Shown: positions 31,251 to 41,258 of the stretch, in pieces
Position numbering within the stretch: position 1 is the stretch's first letter
How the letters are laid out: each line of letters starts with the position of its first letter
From: a virus
Lineage: Duplodnaviria; Caudoviricetes
IMG/VR virus record: IMGVR_UViG_3300034197_000017
Coordinates: 19,686 to 83,685 of that record
Strand: one strand, 5' to 3'
Length of the DNA: 64,000 nucleotides
Made by a program: the position numbers and the translations under genes
The notes under the pieces: generated by a model
Told to the model about the DNA's origin: nothing
Database searches by the model: none
The model's input: the letters and a program-made list of their open reading frames with translations, nothing else

Positions 31251-32851
31251 CCAATGTCTCTGTTACTCAATACTATTCTTTTCTTAATTGTACTGGTATT
31301 ATCTCTAGTTAATACAACAACGAATAAATCTATTTTTCCATTACCGCTAAATCCTGGAATAGCTCCACCAGGAAAGAGAAGTGAATTATGAAATTCTACT
31401 ATACCTGTTCTCTGTCTTAGCTCAATCACAATAGATTTAGTAGTATTTTGACCTATTGAGGCAGTTACATTGATTGTAGTAGAATCTCCATCTTCATTAG
31501 GTGTGGTGATAATGAAATAATCATAATCTTGACTATCTAAGTCCAATGTATAGGTAGTACTAGTATTGATGGTAATAGTAGTAGTCTTAATTGAATTATC
31601 CAGTAACGCCAATGTATCGTTACTTAGCTTATCCGGGGTTACAGAGGCATCAGCTAGTACCGAGGATAGAACTAACCATCTACCGATTGTAGGGGCATTA
31701 TTGGGGATTAAAACGGTATCCCCATCATCATCTAGGTCAGAAGAGGAGTCAAACGCATAAATATTCTTCTTACTTTGAACATAACGTGCCTGTCTATTTC
31801 TATATACTGTACTGGGTAAGGCTTTCAGTTCAGATAAATCAGCTACTGGAGAGGAGAAATAAACTACCTCATCAACAAAGGTATAGTCATTCAGTTTAGG
31901 ATAGACAGATATAAAACTACCGTCTAGTAATGTAGTATCTACATCTAAGTCTGGGGTGACTTCTATCACTAACGCTGAATTAACAGGTAAGTTTTTACTA
32001 ATATCAATTACGGTAGCTGGGTAATTTACTACAGTCCCTACATATAAAATATCAGTGGTATCTAACGTATAATTACTTAAATTTAGATATCCAATTACTT
32101 TTACATTGAAGTTTAGAGATATAGACTTATCTGAACAATATGAATTTAAGTCCAACTCTCCAGATTCTAAGGAATTTGACCCATTATTTACTATGTAATA
32201 TTTTATAGACGGGAAGATTAAACCATCTTGAATTGTAGACGATATTAAGTTATCCTCATCTACTGCATATAGCTCTAAATTAGATGTAAAATCTGTTTCC
32301 ACTAAAGTATTAGATTTTACTAAAATCCATCTTCCAGTGTCAGCATCGATAACTGTAATATTATCTACTTCCTCCTCACTTCCCTCTATATACTCATATA
32401 CTTTATTAACTGAGGATATCTTTACCCTCATACCGTTACTTAAATTATCTATAGGTAAATCTGTAGTTACTATTCCAGTTCCAGTAAGTATAAAGGAATT
32501 ATTAAATTCAAAATTAGATAGGGATAGTGCAGTTATCTGGTCTGATTGATATATTTCCTGCTTATAGATAACTTTCCCGTTAGAAAAAGTATTAGTTGTT
32601 GAGGATATGATGATAAATTCTCTCCAATCCTCATAGGAAAACTGACTAAATATAGAAGCATGGATAATTAATTTTGAATCGTCAGGGATTACTAAACTCG
32701 TCATGGAGGATATATCGTTATATCCCGCTCTATTTTTTGCTTTTACCCAGAAGTAATAAGTCTCACCATTTCCTTGAATATCCCCACCAGTTTGAACCGT
32801 AATTTCAGGAGATGGTAATACCTCTCTACCTGATGCATAGCGAGTTAACAT
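31247..32851 (-). CDS. Tail fibre/baseplate-associated protein
   Basis: VADLSELKAL..DDDGDTVLIPN..GRWL fibre-type motif; FN3-like N-terminus. Confidence 0.55.
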   Translation of the reverse strand: MLTRYASGREVLPSPEITVQTGGDIQGNGETYYFWVKAKNRAGYNDISSMTSLVIPDDSKLIIHASIFSQFSYEDWREFIIISSTTNTFSNGKVIYKQEIYQSDQITALSLSNFEFNNSFILTGTGIVTTDLPIDNLSNGMRVKISSVNKVYEYIEGSEEEVDNITVIDADTGRWILVKSNTLVETDFTSNLELYAVDEDNLISSTIQDGLIFPSIKYYIVNNGSNSLESGELDLNSYCSDKSISLNFNVKVIGYLNLSNYTLDTTDILYVGTVVNYPATVIDISKNLPVNSALVIEVTPDLDVDTTLLDGSFISVYPKLNDYTFVDEVVYFSSPVADLSELKALPSTVYRNRQARYVQSKKNIYAFDSSSDLDDDGDTVLIPNNAPTIGRWLVLSSVLADASVTPDKLSNDTLALLDNSIKTTTITINTSTTYTLDLDSQDYDYFIITTPNEDGDSTTINVTASIGQNTTKSIVIELRQRTGIVEFHNSLLFPGGAIPGFSGNGKIDLFVVVLTRDNTSTIKKRIVLSNRDIG

Positions 32852-33027
32852 TATTTTGTAAATCCTTTACTTGAATTTCCTACTATAGTTAGAGGAATTT
32901 GATATTTACTGGACTTAAATTTAATATTCAGGTTATTTCCTTGATAATACAATTTAGGTCTTAGGGCTAAAAATGATTTCTTGAAATTATCTAATGTAGT
33001 AGTGTCAGTACCTATTGTTATCCTCAT
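32851..33027 (-). CDS. Small hypothetical protein (58 aa, below ORF-track cutoff)
   Basis: MRITIGTDTTTLDNFKK...GFTK*; its stop overlaps the next ATG. Confidence 0.55.
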   Translation of the reverse strand: MRITIGTDTTTLDNFKKSFLALRPKLYYQGNNLNIKFKSSKYQIPLTIVGNSSKGFTK

Positions 33028-33045
33028 GTTTATAGTATTACTATT

Positions 33046-35667
33046 TTAATTTATATCTACCCATCTAGCAAAATTAGAGTTAATCTTATCTTTGGATACA
33101 CCGAAATTCTGAGATGTATTCCCCTCAATCTCAATCTTAACTGATTTATTACTACCTGAAGTACTGACATTAGGGACTGTTTTATCTCTTAAATCAATAG
33201 TAGATAGTATTCCAGCATCAAACCCTATCTGTTGAGCAAATGGAATTGAATTAGAGTAATGTACGGATAAGGATACTCTCTTAGTAACCCAGCTTTCCCT
33301 ACTTCCCGGAATTGCTATCTTAGCGTTAACGAGTGAAGGTAGGGATAATGTCTTGAATAAGGTAAAATTCAATATCCCAGATGCCGATGCCCCAGAGCTA
33401 AATATACTCTTTACTAACGAGTTCTTTGCACCTATAATAGCCTGCTGTTTTGTCTTAGCTCCATCTACATTTATAGAAGGAACTACTTTTGAATTAACAG
33501 TAGAGCTACTACAGGATATCAATGTGGTAGTATCAGCATAAACACTCCCATCCCCCTTAACTTCCTCATATAAAGCTTTTCTAACGGTTGCAGATGGAGG
33601 TCTGCCTTGACTTATTGAGTAAGTAGAGTTAGTTACAAAACTCTTATAACTATTATCTTGGGCATTTCTAAATGAGGACTGACTCAGATACATATCCTCC
33701 CTTCTAGATAGGGTAGTGGGATATATATTACTGAATTCCCCCATAGATATAGTTTCAGGATTGACTCCTATGAGTCCATAATCATTAACCGTCATGTACT
33801 CGTGAGGCTTATAGTAAGTCCCACCTATACCTTGAGAGCTATTTACAGAGTTAATTACATCACTAACATTTGTATACTCTTGATAGTAATTTCCAATTGT
33901 ATATTTTGTATTCTTAGATGGAAGTACAGTATATTTAGTAAATTCGTACTCCTCGGAACCTGTAGTAATAGATATTGGGTTGGAACCAAAATAATTTCTG
34001 GCTAGGGGATTATATGCGGGATTTCCTGATACCCCTACAGAAGATTTATATCTACTTTCAGATATCAACATCAATTCAGGCATCCAGTCTACATCTGGGA
34101 ATAGTACCGGAATTACCTCCCCACTTCCACCACCTAAACTAGTGCCCGATTTTGGAATATACTCTATATCCCAATTAACATCATCCCCATCTTTATAAAA
34201 TCTGGAGAATGGTTTTATAGCATAATCTGTCCTTTCAAAAATGGGTATTTTTCTATATAAATACTGTTCTAGACCTACTTTTGCTTGATATAGTGACAAA
34301 TTATATAGCTGTGTAGATTCCTTATCTCCCTGAGCTAATGTATCCTTTAAGTCAATTAAACCTTTTAACTGTAACCAAGCATTAATGCTCCCATCAGTCC
34401 AATTACTAGAATCTTCTTGAGCAAACCGTTTAATTTCCCATCCAACAGTCTCTTTGGCTACCAAAACCTCTATATTAGAGCTAATTACTTTTCTATATTC
34501 ACTATCAATCTCAATAGGTTCTAACGTACCATTTTGATTTCTGATATAAGGAGTAATACTAGGAGAAAATGACTCATAAATATAAGTAGTTTTCTTCAGC
34601 TCAAGACATCTCCAAACCATACCGTTAGAAAAATTAGCATCATCGGGATATCCATACTTCTGAGCCTTAATACTGGAAAGTAATTCTTGATATGCATTTC
34701 CTGTAGTCAATACATCCTCTGCAATACCCTCTAAAACAGTAGAAGATTGAGCATTGGGCTGTTCTGGGTCAGCTACCAACTCTAATGCAGCATGAGCAAA
34801 TCCAAATACACCGCTTAATTCTGCATTAGGCTGTCCATGCTCATATAGAGTTATCTTGAATTGTTTCGTAGTACCAGAATTATCTATCATTACACTCAAA
34901 TCCCTAGGAAATTTAGAGTTATCTGATGTTTCTGGAGGTGCAATATGAGGATTAAAATCTCCCTCATATAAGCAATATTTAGCAGTCCTTAATTTTATAA
35001 CCTTCCTAGCTGAATTAGTCTTACTATCCTCTGCTTTAGTCCAAGTAAGTACCGTATCCTTATATGTATCCTGTATGTTCTTTGTAATTGTTACATTTGA
35101 TGTAGACTTCCAAGGAACTAGACCAGATATACCTAAATATCCAAAAGAAATACTTTCCCTACCAAATATATAGGCTAATTTACCGTTTACAACTCCCATA
35201 GGGTCACATAACTGCTTTAAAGTTACAGTTTCCTCCCTAGATGGTTGCTTTGAAAACTCTACATCAAAGTCATCTACAATTACCGTACCTTTAGCAAAAC
35301 TGATTAACTGACCAATAGAAAATATATAACTATCCTCAGTCTTACTTTTAGCGGTATTTTTCTTAGCTTCTACAAAATCTAAAACTGATATAGAGTCTTC
35401 ATATGTCTTCTTAGAGATATGAACATACGTTCTAGTTACAGTAGTAAGTAAATCCCCTTCCATCATGGTAGGAATGTCATTAGATATGGATTCTAGGTAG
35501 AAAATCATACCTAATAAAGTCAGTCTTTCCCCTATCTGATATTTCTTCTTATTACCATACTCAGCGATAGTTATTTTAGGGTAATCCTCACTGGTCAACT
35601 CAATATTAACTATACCGTTTGATATGGATAACCCTATATTGCCTATTCCGTAATTACTTAATACCAT
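33046..35667 (-). CDS. Large tail/baseplate hub-like structural protein
   Basis: 873 aa ORF in the structural block. Confidence 0.5.
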   Translation of the reverse strand: MVLSNYGIGNIGLSISNGIVNIELTSEDYPKITIAEYGNKKKYQIGERLTLLGMIFYLESISNDIPTMMEGDLLTTVTRTYVHISKKTYEDSISVLDFVEAKKNTAKSKTEDSYIFSIGQLISFAKGTVIVDDFDVEFSKQPSREETVTLKQLCDPMGVVNGKLAYIFGRESISFGYLGISGLVPWKSTSNVTITKNIQDTYKDTVLTWTKAEDSKTNSARKVIKLRTAKYCLYEGDFNPHIAPPETSDNSKFPRDLSVMIDNSGTTKQFKITLYEHGQPNAELSGVFGFAHAALELVADPEQPNAQSSTVLEGIAEDVLTTGNAYQELLSSIKAQKYGYPDDANFSNGMVWRCLELKKTTYIYESFSPSITPYIRNQNGTLEPIEIDSEYRKVISSNIEVLVAKETVGWEIKRFAQEDSSNWTDGSINAWLQLKGLIDLKDTLAQGDKESTQLYNLSLYQAKVGLEQYLYRKIPIFERTDYAIKPFSRFYKDGDDVNWDIEYIPKSGTSLGGGSGEVIPVLFPDVDWMPELMLISESRYKSSVGVSGNPAYNPLARNYFGSNPISITTGSEEYEFTKYTVLPSKNTKYTIGNYYQEYTNVSDVINSVNSSQGIGGTYYKPHEYMTVNDYGLIGVNPETISMGEFSNIYPTTLSRREDMYLSQSSFRNAQDNSYKSFVTNSTYSISQGRPPSATVRKALYEEVKGDGSVYADTTTLISCSSSTVNSKVVPSINVDGAKTKQQAIIGAKNSLVKSIFSSGASASGILNFTLFKTLSLPSLVNAKIAIPGSRESWVTKRVSLSVHYSNSIPFAQQIGFDAGILSTIDLRDKTVPNVSTSGSNKSVKIEIEGNTSQNFGVSKDKINSNFARWVDIN

Positions 35668-36510
35668 TTACTTATTTATTAGATATATAAAGTCAGCATT
35701 CTCTAGATACCCATCTCTGTAAAAATTTAGATAAAAATACAACTGCCCATAGCTATAAATAGAGTTATATATACTAGAATAGTAGGCCACTTCTGTATAT
35801 TCTATATCACTTACAGGCTTTTCAAGTACGGTGACATTCTTTACTATGGGTATAGCTCTATTCATCGCTACCTTACTAGACTTAGCACCTATAGTATATA
35901 AGCTATGTCTCTGCTCTATTGTTAATGCCATATCCTCAGTAAAAGTCAAAGTTCTGAGATAATCGGCAGTGACTTCCTGACTAATAAACTGTCCTGTAGT
36001 TAACTTAAAACTAGTACAGGTAGGATTTATAAAAATATTTATATCCTCAATAGTATCTATATTGGATATAGTAAATCTCAATGTACAGTATATATCCTCA
36101 TCAGTTTCGTTAAAGAGGACTATATCCTCTAATTCAGACCCTATAACCTCACTTTTTATAATATAAGTTCTAGTTGCAGAGAAGTCTGTAATACTGGTTT
36201 CAGTGTAAGCTATATCATCTTCTGTATATATAGATACTAGTTGCTGATAAAACTCTAAGTCATCTCCTGACTTCTTTTTTAGGAGTACGGGTAGATAGGT
36301 ACTATTAAACTGTAAATAAATTAAACATCCATGTAAGTAAGCTGATGGTTGTAAAACATATGCAGTATTTAGTTTTTTAACTAAAAACTGTTTTGAAGGA
36401 GTTTTATCTAGCTTAAAAGAATTCCCTGATTGCCTTACAGTTTTCGATGCTATCCACATCACCCTATACTTACCCTCCCAGATGTAAAACTTACTGCTGT
36501 CAGACTCCAA
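35668..36510 (-). CDS. Hypothetical (tail module)
   Basis: 280 aa ORF abutting the downstream gene. Confidence 0.5.
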   Translation of the reverse strand: MESDSSKFYIWEGKYRVMWIASKTVRQSGNSFKLDKTPSKQFLVKKLNTAYVLQPSAYLHGCLIYLQFNSTYLPVLLKKKSGDDLEFYQQLVSIYTEDDIAYTETSITDFSATRTYIIKSEVIGSELEDIVLFNETDEDIYCTLRFTISNIDTIEDINIFINPTCTSFKLTTGQFISQEVTADYLRTLTFTEDMALTIEQRHSLYTIGAKSSKVAMNRAIPIVKNVTVLEKPVSDIEYTEVAYYSSIYNSIYSYGQLYFYLNFYRDGYLENADFIYLINK

Positions 36511-36815
36511 GATGAGAACTTAGCTATTCCAGCTATTCTAAACTTAGCACCCTCCGTTACGTCTATTACTGTCCAACTTTTTCCCCTAAAGGTGAATGTT
36601 GCTCCAAAACCAGTCTTACCAGGAGCAGGTGTAGGAGCTGTAGTAATACCCTTAAATGTGATAGTTACGGAAGGTAAACTATAATTTCCTGAAATTACAA
36701 TACCACCATGTTCCACTAAAGCCGTTATACCTTGGGCAGATATTTTTCCGAAACTTACACTATCTTCAGGAATAGGGATATCAAATAATTTCTCATTTTC
36801 ATAATGGATAGACAT
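36459..36815 (-). CDS. Hypothetical (first gene of the minus-strand tail block, distal-tail-like size)
   Basis: 118 aa beta-rich ORF. Confidence 0.5.
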   Translation of the reverse strand: MSIHYENEKLFDIPIPEDSVSFGKISAQGITALVEHGGIVISGNYSLPSVTITFKGITTAPTPAPGKTGFGATFTFRGKSWTVIDVTEGAKFRIAGIAKFSSWSLTAVSFTSGRVSIG

Positions 36816-36959
36816 TCTAGTTAGAAAATTACTTACTCTATTTATATCTTAATACTTTTATGTTAATTAAGATTCAGAGGTACTCGTTTCACTGCGTCTC
36901 TGTTCGATTTCTTCCAATAGTGTACCATAGGACAAAAATAGGTAAAAATACCTAATATA

Positions 36960-36989
36960 TTGACAAAATCTAAATTTAGGTGATTAAAT
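36960..36989 (+). promoter_or_regulatory. Sigma70-type early promoter
   Basis: TTGACA at 36960; weaker -10 (TGaTTAAAT). Confidence 0.55.
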
Positions 36990-36993
36990 TAGA

Positions 36994-37326
36994 TTGGAGT
37001 ATATAAGAGTGTATATGGATTTAAGGTTAGAGGAAAATTGGGTAGATAGTGAAGGTAATCCAGATGGAGCTATTTCATGTGGAATTGGATATACTATAGC
37101 TTGGCAAAGAGGCTCACTAGAACATGGAAGAACAGGTGCTTTTCTAATTGAGGTGTTAACGTCTTGTTTTAAACAATTAGAGCGTTATCAAGACGGTAAA
37201 TTCGCTTGTAATGAGAATGAGTTGGCATTATTTCACATAAATCAAGCATTAATTCTTCTAAATCAAAGACTAGACCGTAGAAAAGAACAAGGAACTCTAG
37301 GAACACATAAAACAGATGCTAAATGA
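36994..37326 (+). CDS. tad1: Tad1-like anti-defence sponge for cyclic nucleotide immune signals (likely ATG 37015)
   Basis: IAWQRG..GAFLIEVL..QLERYQDGKFACNENELALFHINQALILLNQRLDRRKEQGTLGT parallels recalled Tad1 [58 protein letters not shown]. Confidence 0.8.
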   Translation: MEYIRVYMDLRLEENWVDSEGNPDGAISCGIGYTIAWQRGSLEHGRTGAFLIEVLTSCFKQLERYQDGKFACNENELALFHINQALILLNQRLDRRKEQGTLGTHKTDAK

Positions 37327-37531
37327 TACTTACTATGTACCAGAAGGAATAATCACTGATACCTCTGAGGAACTTACAGTACATATTTCACCTGATAATG
37401 TAAATAAACTTCAAATTTTAGCCTTAATTCAAGACTGTAATATAGATGAAGTCTTATCGATGGCTATAGACACCGAGTTCACTATCAAACAAGATGTTTA
37501 TCCTACCGGACTTGACACTTTAATCCACTGA
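37316..37531 (+). CDS. Hypothetical protein
   Basis: 71 aa coupled ORF. Confidence 0.5.
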   Translation: MLNDTYYVPEGIITDTSEELTVHISPDNVNKLQILALIQDCNIDEVLSMAIDTEFTIKQDVYPTGLDTLIH

Positions 37532-37548
37532 ACTAAATCTAAATTAAA

Positions 37549-37767
37549 ATGAATAGTAGTATTTATTACAAGACATTTAGATGCCCGGAATGTGGCTCTA
37601 CTGAACCATCTAGTTTGTTTATTAAAGAGTCACCTCTATGTAATGCATGTCTAGCTAATTTTCTATCGGCTCATGTTCCAACAATGGAGATTACCTCTAA
37701 TAAGTATAGAAATCAGCATCAATTGGATATCTTGAAACAAGGTAGTAATGAAGAGGAGTCTGAATAA
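37549..37767 (+). CDS. Small zinc-ribbon protein
   Basis: CPECG...CNAC. Confidence 0.55.
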   Translation: MNSSIYYKTFRCPECGSTEPSSLFIKESPLCNACLANFLSAHVPTMEITSNKYRNQHQLDILKQGSNEEESE

Positions 37768-37997
37768 TGAGTTATCCCTATTTTATTTTTGCTGGAAGTA
37801 ATTTTTATGCTAAAGGTGGATGGAAAGACTATATTGATAGGTTTTATAGTCTTGATGATGCCCGTAGAGCTATTGTTGAAACTGACTCTGCCTTTATTAT
37901 TGGTGGTGTAGAGTATGAATGGTATCAAATTGTAGAAATTGGAGATGGGACTATTGGCTCATCTATCATTGAATCTAAAGGTGAAGCTTGTACATAA
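37767..37997 (+). CDS. Conserved phage hypothetical protein
   Basis: YAKGGWKDY..F.SLDDA..YEWYQIV pattern common in phages. Confidence 0.55.
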   Translation: MSYPYFIFAGSNFYAKGGWKDYIDRFYSLDDARRAIVETDSAFIIGGVEYEWYQIVEIGDGTIGSSIIESKGEACT

Positions 37998-38014
37998 ACT
38001 TTAGATAGGTAAAA

Positions 38015-38040
38015 ATCCCCTACTTTTTCTAGCAGGGGAT
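38015..38040. terminator. Bidirectional terminator between convergent genes
   Basis: ATCCCCT-actttttctagc-AGGGGAT with A/T-rich flanks. Confidence 0.65.
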
Positions 38041-38064
38041 TAATATTTTAATCTAAATTTAAGA

Positions 38065-38523
38065 TTAGACTGAAGCAACAACCAAGTCTGTTAGACAGGT
38101 AACTTGGAAAGAGCTATAGTTGGCACTGCTACTACCAATCTGGATAGTACCACCATCCTGATATGAGAAGGGAATACATTGAACCGTTCTGTAGGTGAAC
38201 ATGCCAGCGCCAGCAGGGTTATTTAGGTCAATCTCACCCAAAGCCAGAGACTCAGCATTAGCATTGCATATTTCAATGATTTCATCGGCCTTAGTGGTAT
38301 TAATACCCTTTAAATCAAACGTATAGGTACGTAGTTGAATGTTAACTGTAGTAACAAAATTACCCATGATAACAGAGGGGCTTGCTAACGATACAGTACC
38401 CTGTGAAATAGCATCAGGTGAGACTGGTACGTTAAATACTTTTGTATACTGAATGTTTAAGTTGGATGCCATATGGATATAAATATAAATTATTTTCTTA
38501 TATATCCATAATATCATTTCCAA
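38065..38523 (-). CDS. Isolated structural-like protein (likely ATG 38472, 135 aa), tail-tube candidate
   Basis: Beta-rich Thr/Ser/Val composition and capsid-like codon usage; inverted inside the early region. Confidence 0.5.
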   Translation of the reverse strand: MEMILWIYKKIIYIYIHMASNLNIQYTKVFNVPVSPDAISQGTVSLASPSVIMGNFVTTVNIQLRTYTFDLKGINTTKADEIIEICNANAESLALGEIDLNNPAGAGMFTYRTVQCIPFSYQDGGTIQIGSSSANYSSFQVTCLTDLVVASV

Positions 38524-38559
38524 ATATGCCCTAAATTAAAATTATTTTTCTAACTGGGG

Positions 38560-38588
38560 TTGACAAATAAATCTAAATAACGTAATCT
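38560..38588 (+). promoter_or_regulatory. Sigma70-type early promoter
   Basis: TTGACA-N17-TAATCT. Confidence 0.75.
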
Positions 38589-38618
38589 ATAAAAAGTCAC
38601 CTGTTATCGGAGAATATA

Positions 38619-39014
38619 ATGTCTAATACATATGATGTGGATTCCCCTCCTTTCTATACACATCCTTCATATATTGGATGTGCTAATGAGTTGCTTCCTT
38701 CTGATGAAAGGCTAGATAAATACGATGCTCAATATAGTCAATATGGTTTTGATGATACCTGTACTTGGAATTTAGACCTAAGTATCGTCAAGTTCATTCT
38801 TCCTAGATTGAAGAGATTTAGAGAAGTATCTAATGGGTATCCAGCAAGACTTAACTCAATGGCTGAATATCACGAAGTACTAGATAAAATCATAAAGTCA
38901 TTTACTATTATGGATAAACAAAACCAATATCTAGTAGCTGAGGAAGAATCAGATAAAGAAGTAAAAGAAGGTCTACACTTATTTGTAGAATATTTAAGTG
39001 ATTTGTGGTGGTAA
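38619..39014 (+). CDS. Conserved phage hypothetical protein
   Basis: TWNLD..ILPRLKRF..GYP..EGLHLF.EY..DLWW pattern widespread in phages. Confidence 0.65.
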   Translation: MSNTYDVDSPPFYTHPSYIGCANELLPSDERLDKYDAQYSQYGFDDTCTWNLDLSIVKFILPRLKRFREVSNGYPARLNSMAEYHEVLDKIIKSFTIMDKQNQYLVAEEESDKEVKEGLHLFVEYLSDLWW

Positions 39015-39017
39015 GGT

Positions 39018-39278
39018 ATGCAAGCCTCATTCAAAATAGAAAATACTAAAACAGAGGAAGGTAAATTTAGGTCAACCTATTGGGTCATAGATAGAATAAG
39101 TCAATTTTCCCCTGAATTACCTGAACATCTATATAGAGGATGGTTATTTTATGAGGAATTTATCTTTATCTCAGATGTAATAACTCCAGAAAACATCACT
39201 ATCAATGAACAAGCTCCTATAGCTGATGTAAAGTTCCTACTAGATTACTTTCAGATTAACTATGGACAATCAATCTAA
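39018..39278 (+). CDS. Hypothetical protein
   Basis: 86 aa ORF. Confidence 0.5.
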   Translation: MQASFKIENTKTEEGKFRSTYWVIDRISQFSPELPEHLYRGWLFYEEFIFISDVITPENITINEQAPIADVKFLLDYFQINYGQSI

Positions 39279-39735
39279 TTTCAGATTAGGATATAGCTCT
39301 GCATTATCTAAGGTAGACTCTATCCTAGGTTCTTACAATTTTGAGGAACCTTATTATGCTACAGAAGCTGATTATGTTTCAGCTAGAGATAGACAAGCAT
39401 TAATTAACGAATTAAGGCAAGAAATGACTCTATTAAATTTCACAACTCCTAGTTTGTATGACCAGTTAAGTAAATACCTTACTGATTTGGGATATGCAGC
39501 AACAGTAAATACAAGAGAATGGAGGATTGAAAGAAGTACACATCTAAATTTCACTATCGGTCTATTTACTAGATTCGTTAGTAATACTGAAGAGATAAAT
39601 CTAGAATTTAACTTTGATGATATCTATAGCAATAAAAAACGTATCACCTACCCAGTGAAATGTTTTTCTGTTCTAGAAGCAGAGGGTTATATCAGGGTAA
39701 TGCATGTTCTCAATGTCCAATTTGATTCTAATTAA
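39262..39735 (+). CDS. Hypothetical protein
   Basis: 157 aa ORF. Confidence 0.5.
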   Translation: MDNQSNFRLGYSSALSKVDSILGSYNFEEPYYATEADYVSARDRQALINELRQEMTLLNFTTPSLYDQLSKYLTDLGYAATVNTREWRIERSTHLNFTIGLFTRFVSNTEEINLEFNFDDIYSNKKRITYPVKCFSVLEAEGYIRVMHVLNVQFDSN

Positions 39736-39753
39736 AATCTAACAGAGGAAAAT

Positions 39754-40749
39754 ATGTACCAACTATTTGTTTACGGTAAAGACTCAGCATCACCTAGCCC
39801 GATGTTCTATGGAAATACAGTAGAAGGTTCTCCAACAGTGGAGAAAATTACTAAACTCCATGACCTAAATTCCTGGATGGCAGAGAAAATCCCTAACTTC
39901 AATGAACAAACTGTTCAAGTAAAGGATAGTTACCATATTAGACGTACTAATGAACTTCCTGAAACTCAATATCACGGAATTATCTTACATCCCTATGTCA
40001 ATACTAGCTATAAGGTAATGCAATACTCTGATGCAGTTAAATGGCTAGACCCATTCCTACAAGAACAGATGCTTACGGTAGATTCATCCTTGATGCTAGA
40101 TAAAGGGGCAAAGTTCTCTGTTCTCTGTGACATCAATGTAGAAGCTAAAATTGCAGAGGGAGATACGGTAAACCGCTATCTTCTACTAGCTCTATCTCAT
40201 GATAAGTCTATGCGAGGTCTATTCTACTGTGATACTAGACCTATATGTGCTAATACTCTAGCGATGGCTAAGATGGAAGGCTTACGTAGTCCAGAAAAGA
40301 ATCTAGTATTAGATGATGCCAATCCAGAGAAGAGTCTAAAACTCGCTAGAAAATTGATTGACCTGACTACTCAAAAATTCCATGATTCTACGGTTCTAGA
40401 ATACAAATCTTTTGCTAAATTGGAACTGCAACCTCAGCAAGTAGATTATATCTTCCGTACTATTCTGAATATGCCACTAGGAACGATTGAAGTGGGGGAT
40501 GTTAGTGATTCTATCTGGACAAGTTATACCGAGCTTGGTGAGGCATATAAAGCCAGTCCTGGCATGGAATTGATTAATGGCGATACTGGTTGGAGAGTAT
40601 TTAATGCAGTAACCTACTTTAATCAAAATCTGGGTAAAACTGAATCTCAAAGCTACCAAAAGAATTTGTTTGGTGCAGGTTCTAGATACCGCAAACAGAC
40701 AACTGAATTGTTAACTCAACTTCTACCCTCATCCGCTATCCCAGTGTAA
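39754..40749 (+). CDS. DUF932/DUF945 phage/plasmid-like protein
   Basis: YKVMQYSDA..LDKGAK..RYLLLALSHD..RPICANTL..TGWRVFNAVTY. Confidence 0.8.
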   Translation: MYQLFVYGKDSASPSPMFYGNTVEGSPTVEKITKLHDLNSWMAEKIPNFNEQTVQVKDSYHIRRTNELPETQYHGIILHPYVNTSYKVMQYSDAVKWLDPFLQEQMLTVDSSLMLDKGAKFSVLCDINVEAKIAEGDTVNRYLLLALSHDKSMRGLFYCDTRPICANTLAMAKMEGLRSPEKNLVLDDANPEKSLKLARKLIDLTTQKFHDSTVLEYKSFAKLELQPQQVDYIFRTILNMPLGTIEVGDVSDSIWTSYTELGEAYKASPGMELINGDTGWRVFNAVTYFNQNLGKTESQSYQKNLFGAGSRYRKQTTELLTQLLPSSAIPV

Positions 40750-40754
40750 TTAAA

Positions 40755-41000
40755 ATGACTACTTTTCTAACTGTATATTTTTCTATCGGACTGTCCTTAT
40801 CTCTATGGATACTATTTAGAGATGTAGTAGTCAAAGATAAAAAATATTGGAAATTAGTTTCGGAATGCCAGAGAGAGTTTGACCTAGATATAGAGTATAT
40901 AGAAAAAGCAATTAAAATTGTAACCTTATTTTTTGCATTATTTCTATGGCCTATTCTCCTTCTTAACGGTTCATTTAACCCACGCTCTAACTCTAAGTAA
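40755..41000 (+). CDS. Small membrane protein
   Basis: Two hydrophobic segments. Confidence 0.5.
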   Translation: MTTFLTVYFSIGLSLSLWILFRDVVVKDKKYWKLVSECQREFDLDIEYIEKAIKIVTLFFALFLWPILLLNGSFNPRSNSK

Positions 41001-41018
41001 AAAACAAAGGATAAAACT

Positions 41019-41219
41019 ATGAAAGTGTATAAAGTACTTATTGCAGGAACATTGACAGCAGTAATTCTTATTGGAGGACTTCTTTATACCATTCCTACCT
41101 ATAAAGTGTGGGCTGCTGAGCAAGACGGAAAAGCTATTTTGGCTAGAGCTGAATCAACTAAAAAAGCTCAAATTCTAGATGCTTCTCCCAAACAATTCAC
41201 TGTCAATACTGCTAAATAA
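41019..41219 (+). pseudogene. Apparently truncated stomatin/prohibitin-like membrane protein
   Basis: TM followed by PTYKVWAAEQDGKAILARAESTKK, like the phage 'membrane protease subunit' N-terminus, but stops at 66 aa. Confidence 0.4.
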
Positions 41220-41231
41220 CCTATAACCTAG

Positions 41232-41258
41232 CTACCCTCAGTCAAGTATTGGGGGTAG
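41232..41258. terminator. Hairpin, possible terminator
   Basis: CTACCCTCA-gtcaagtat-TGGGGGTAG. Confidence 0.4.
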
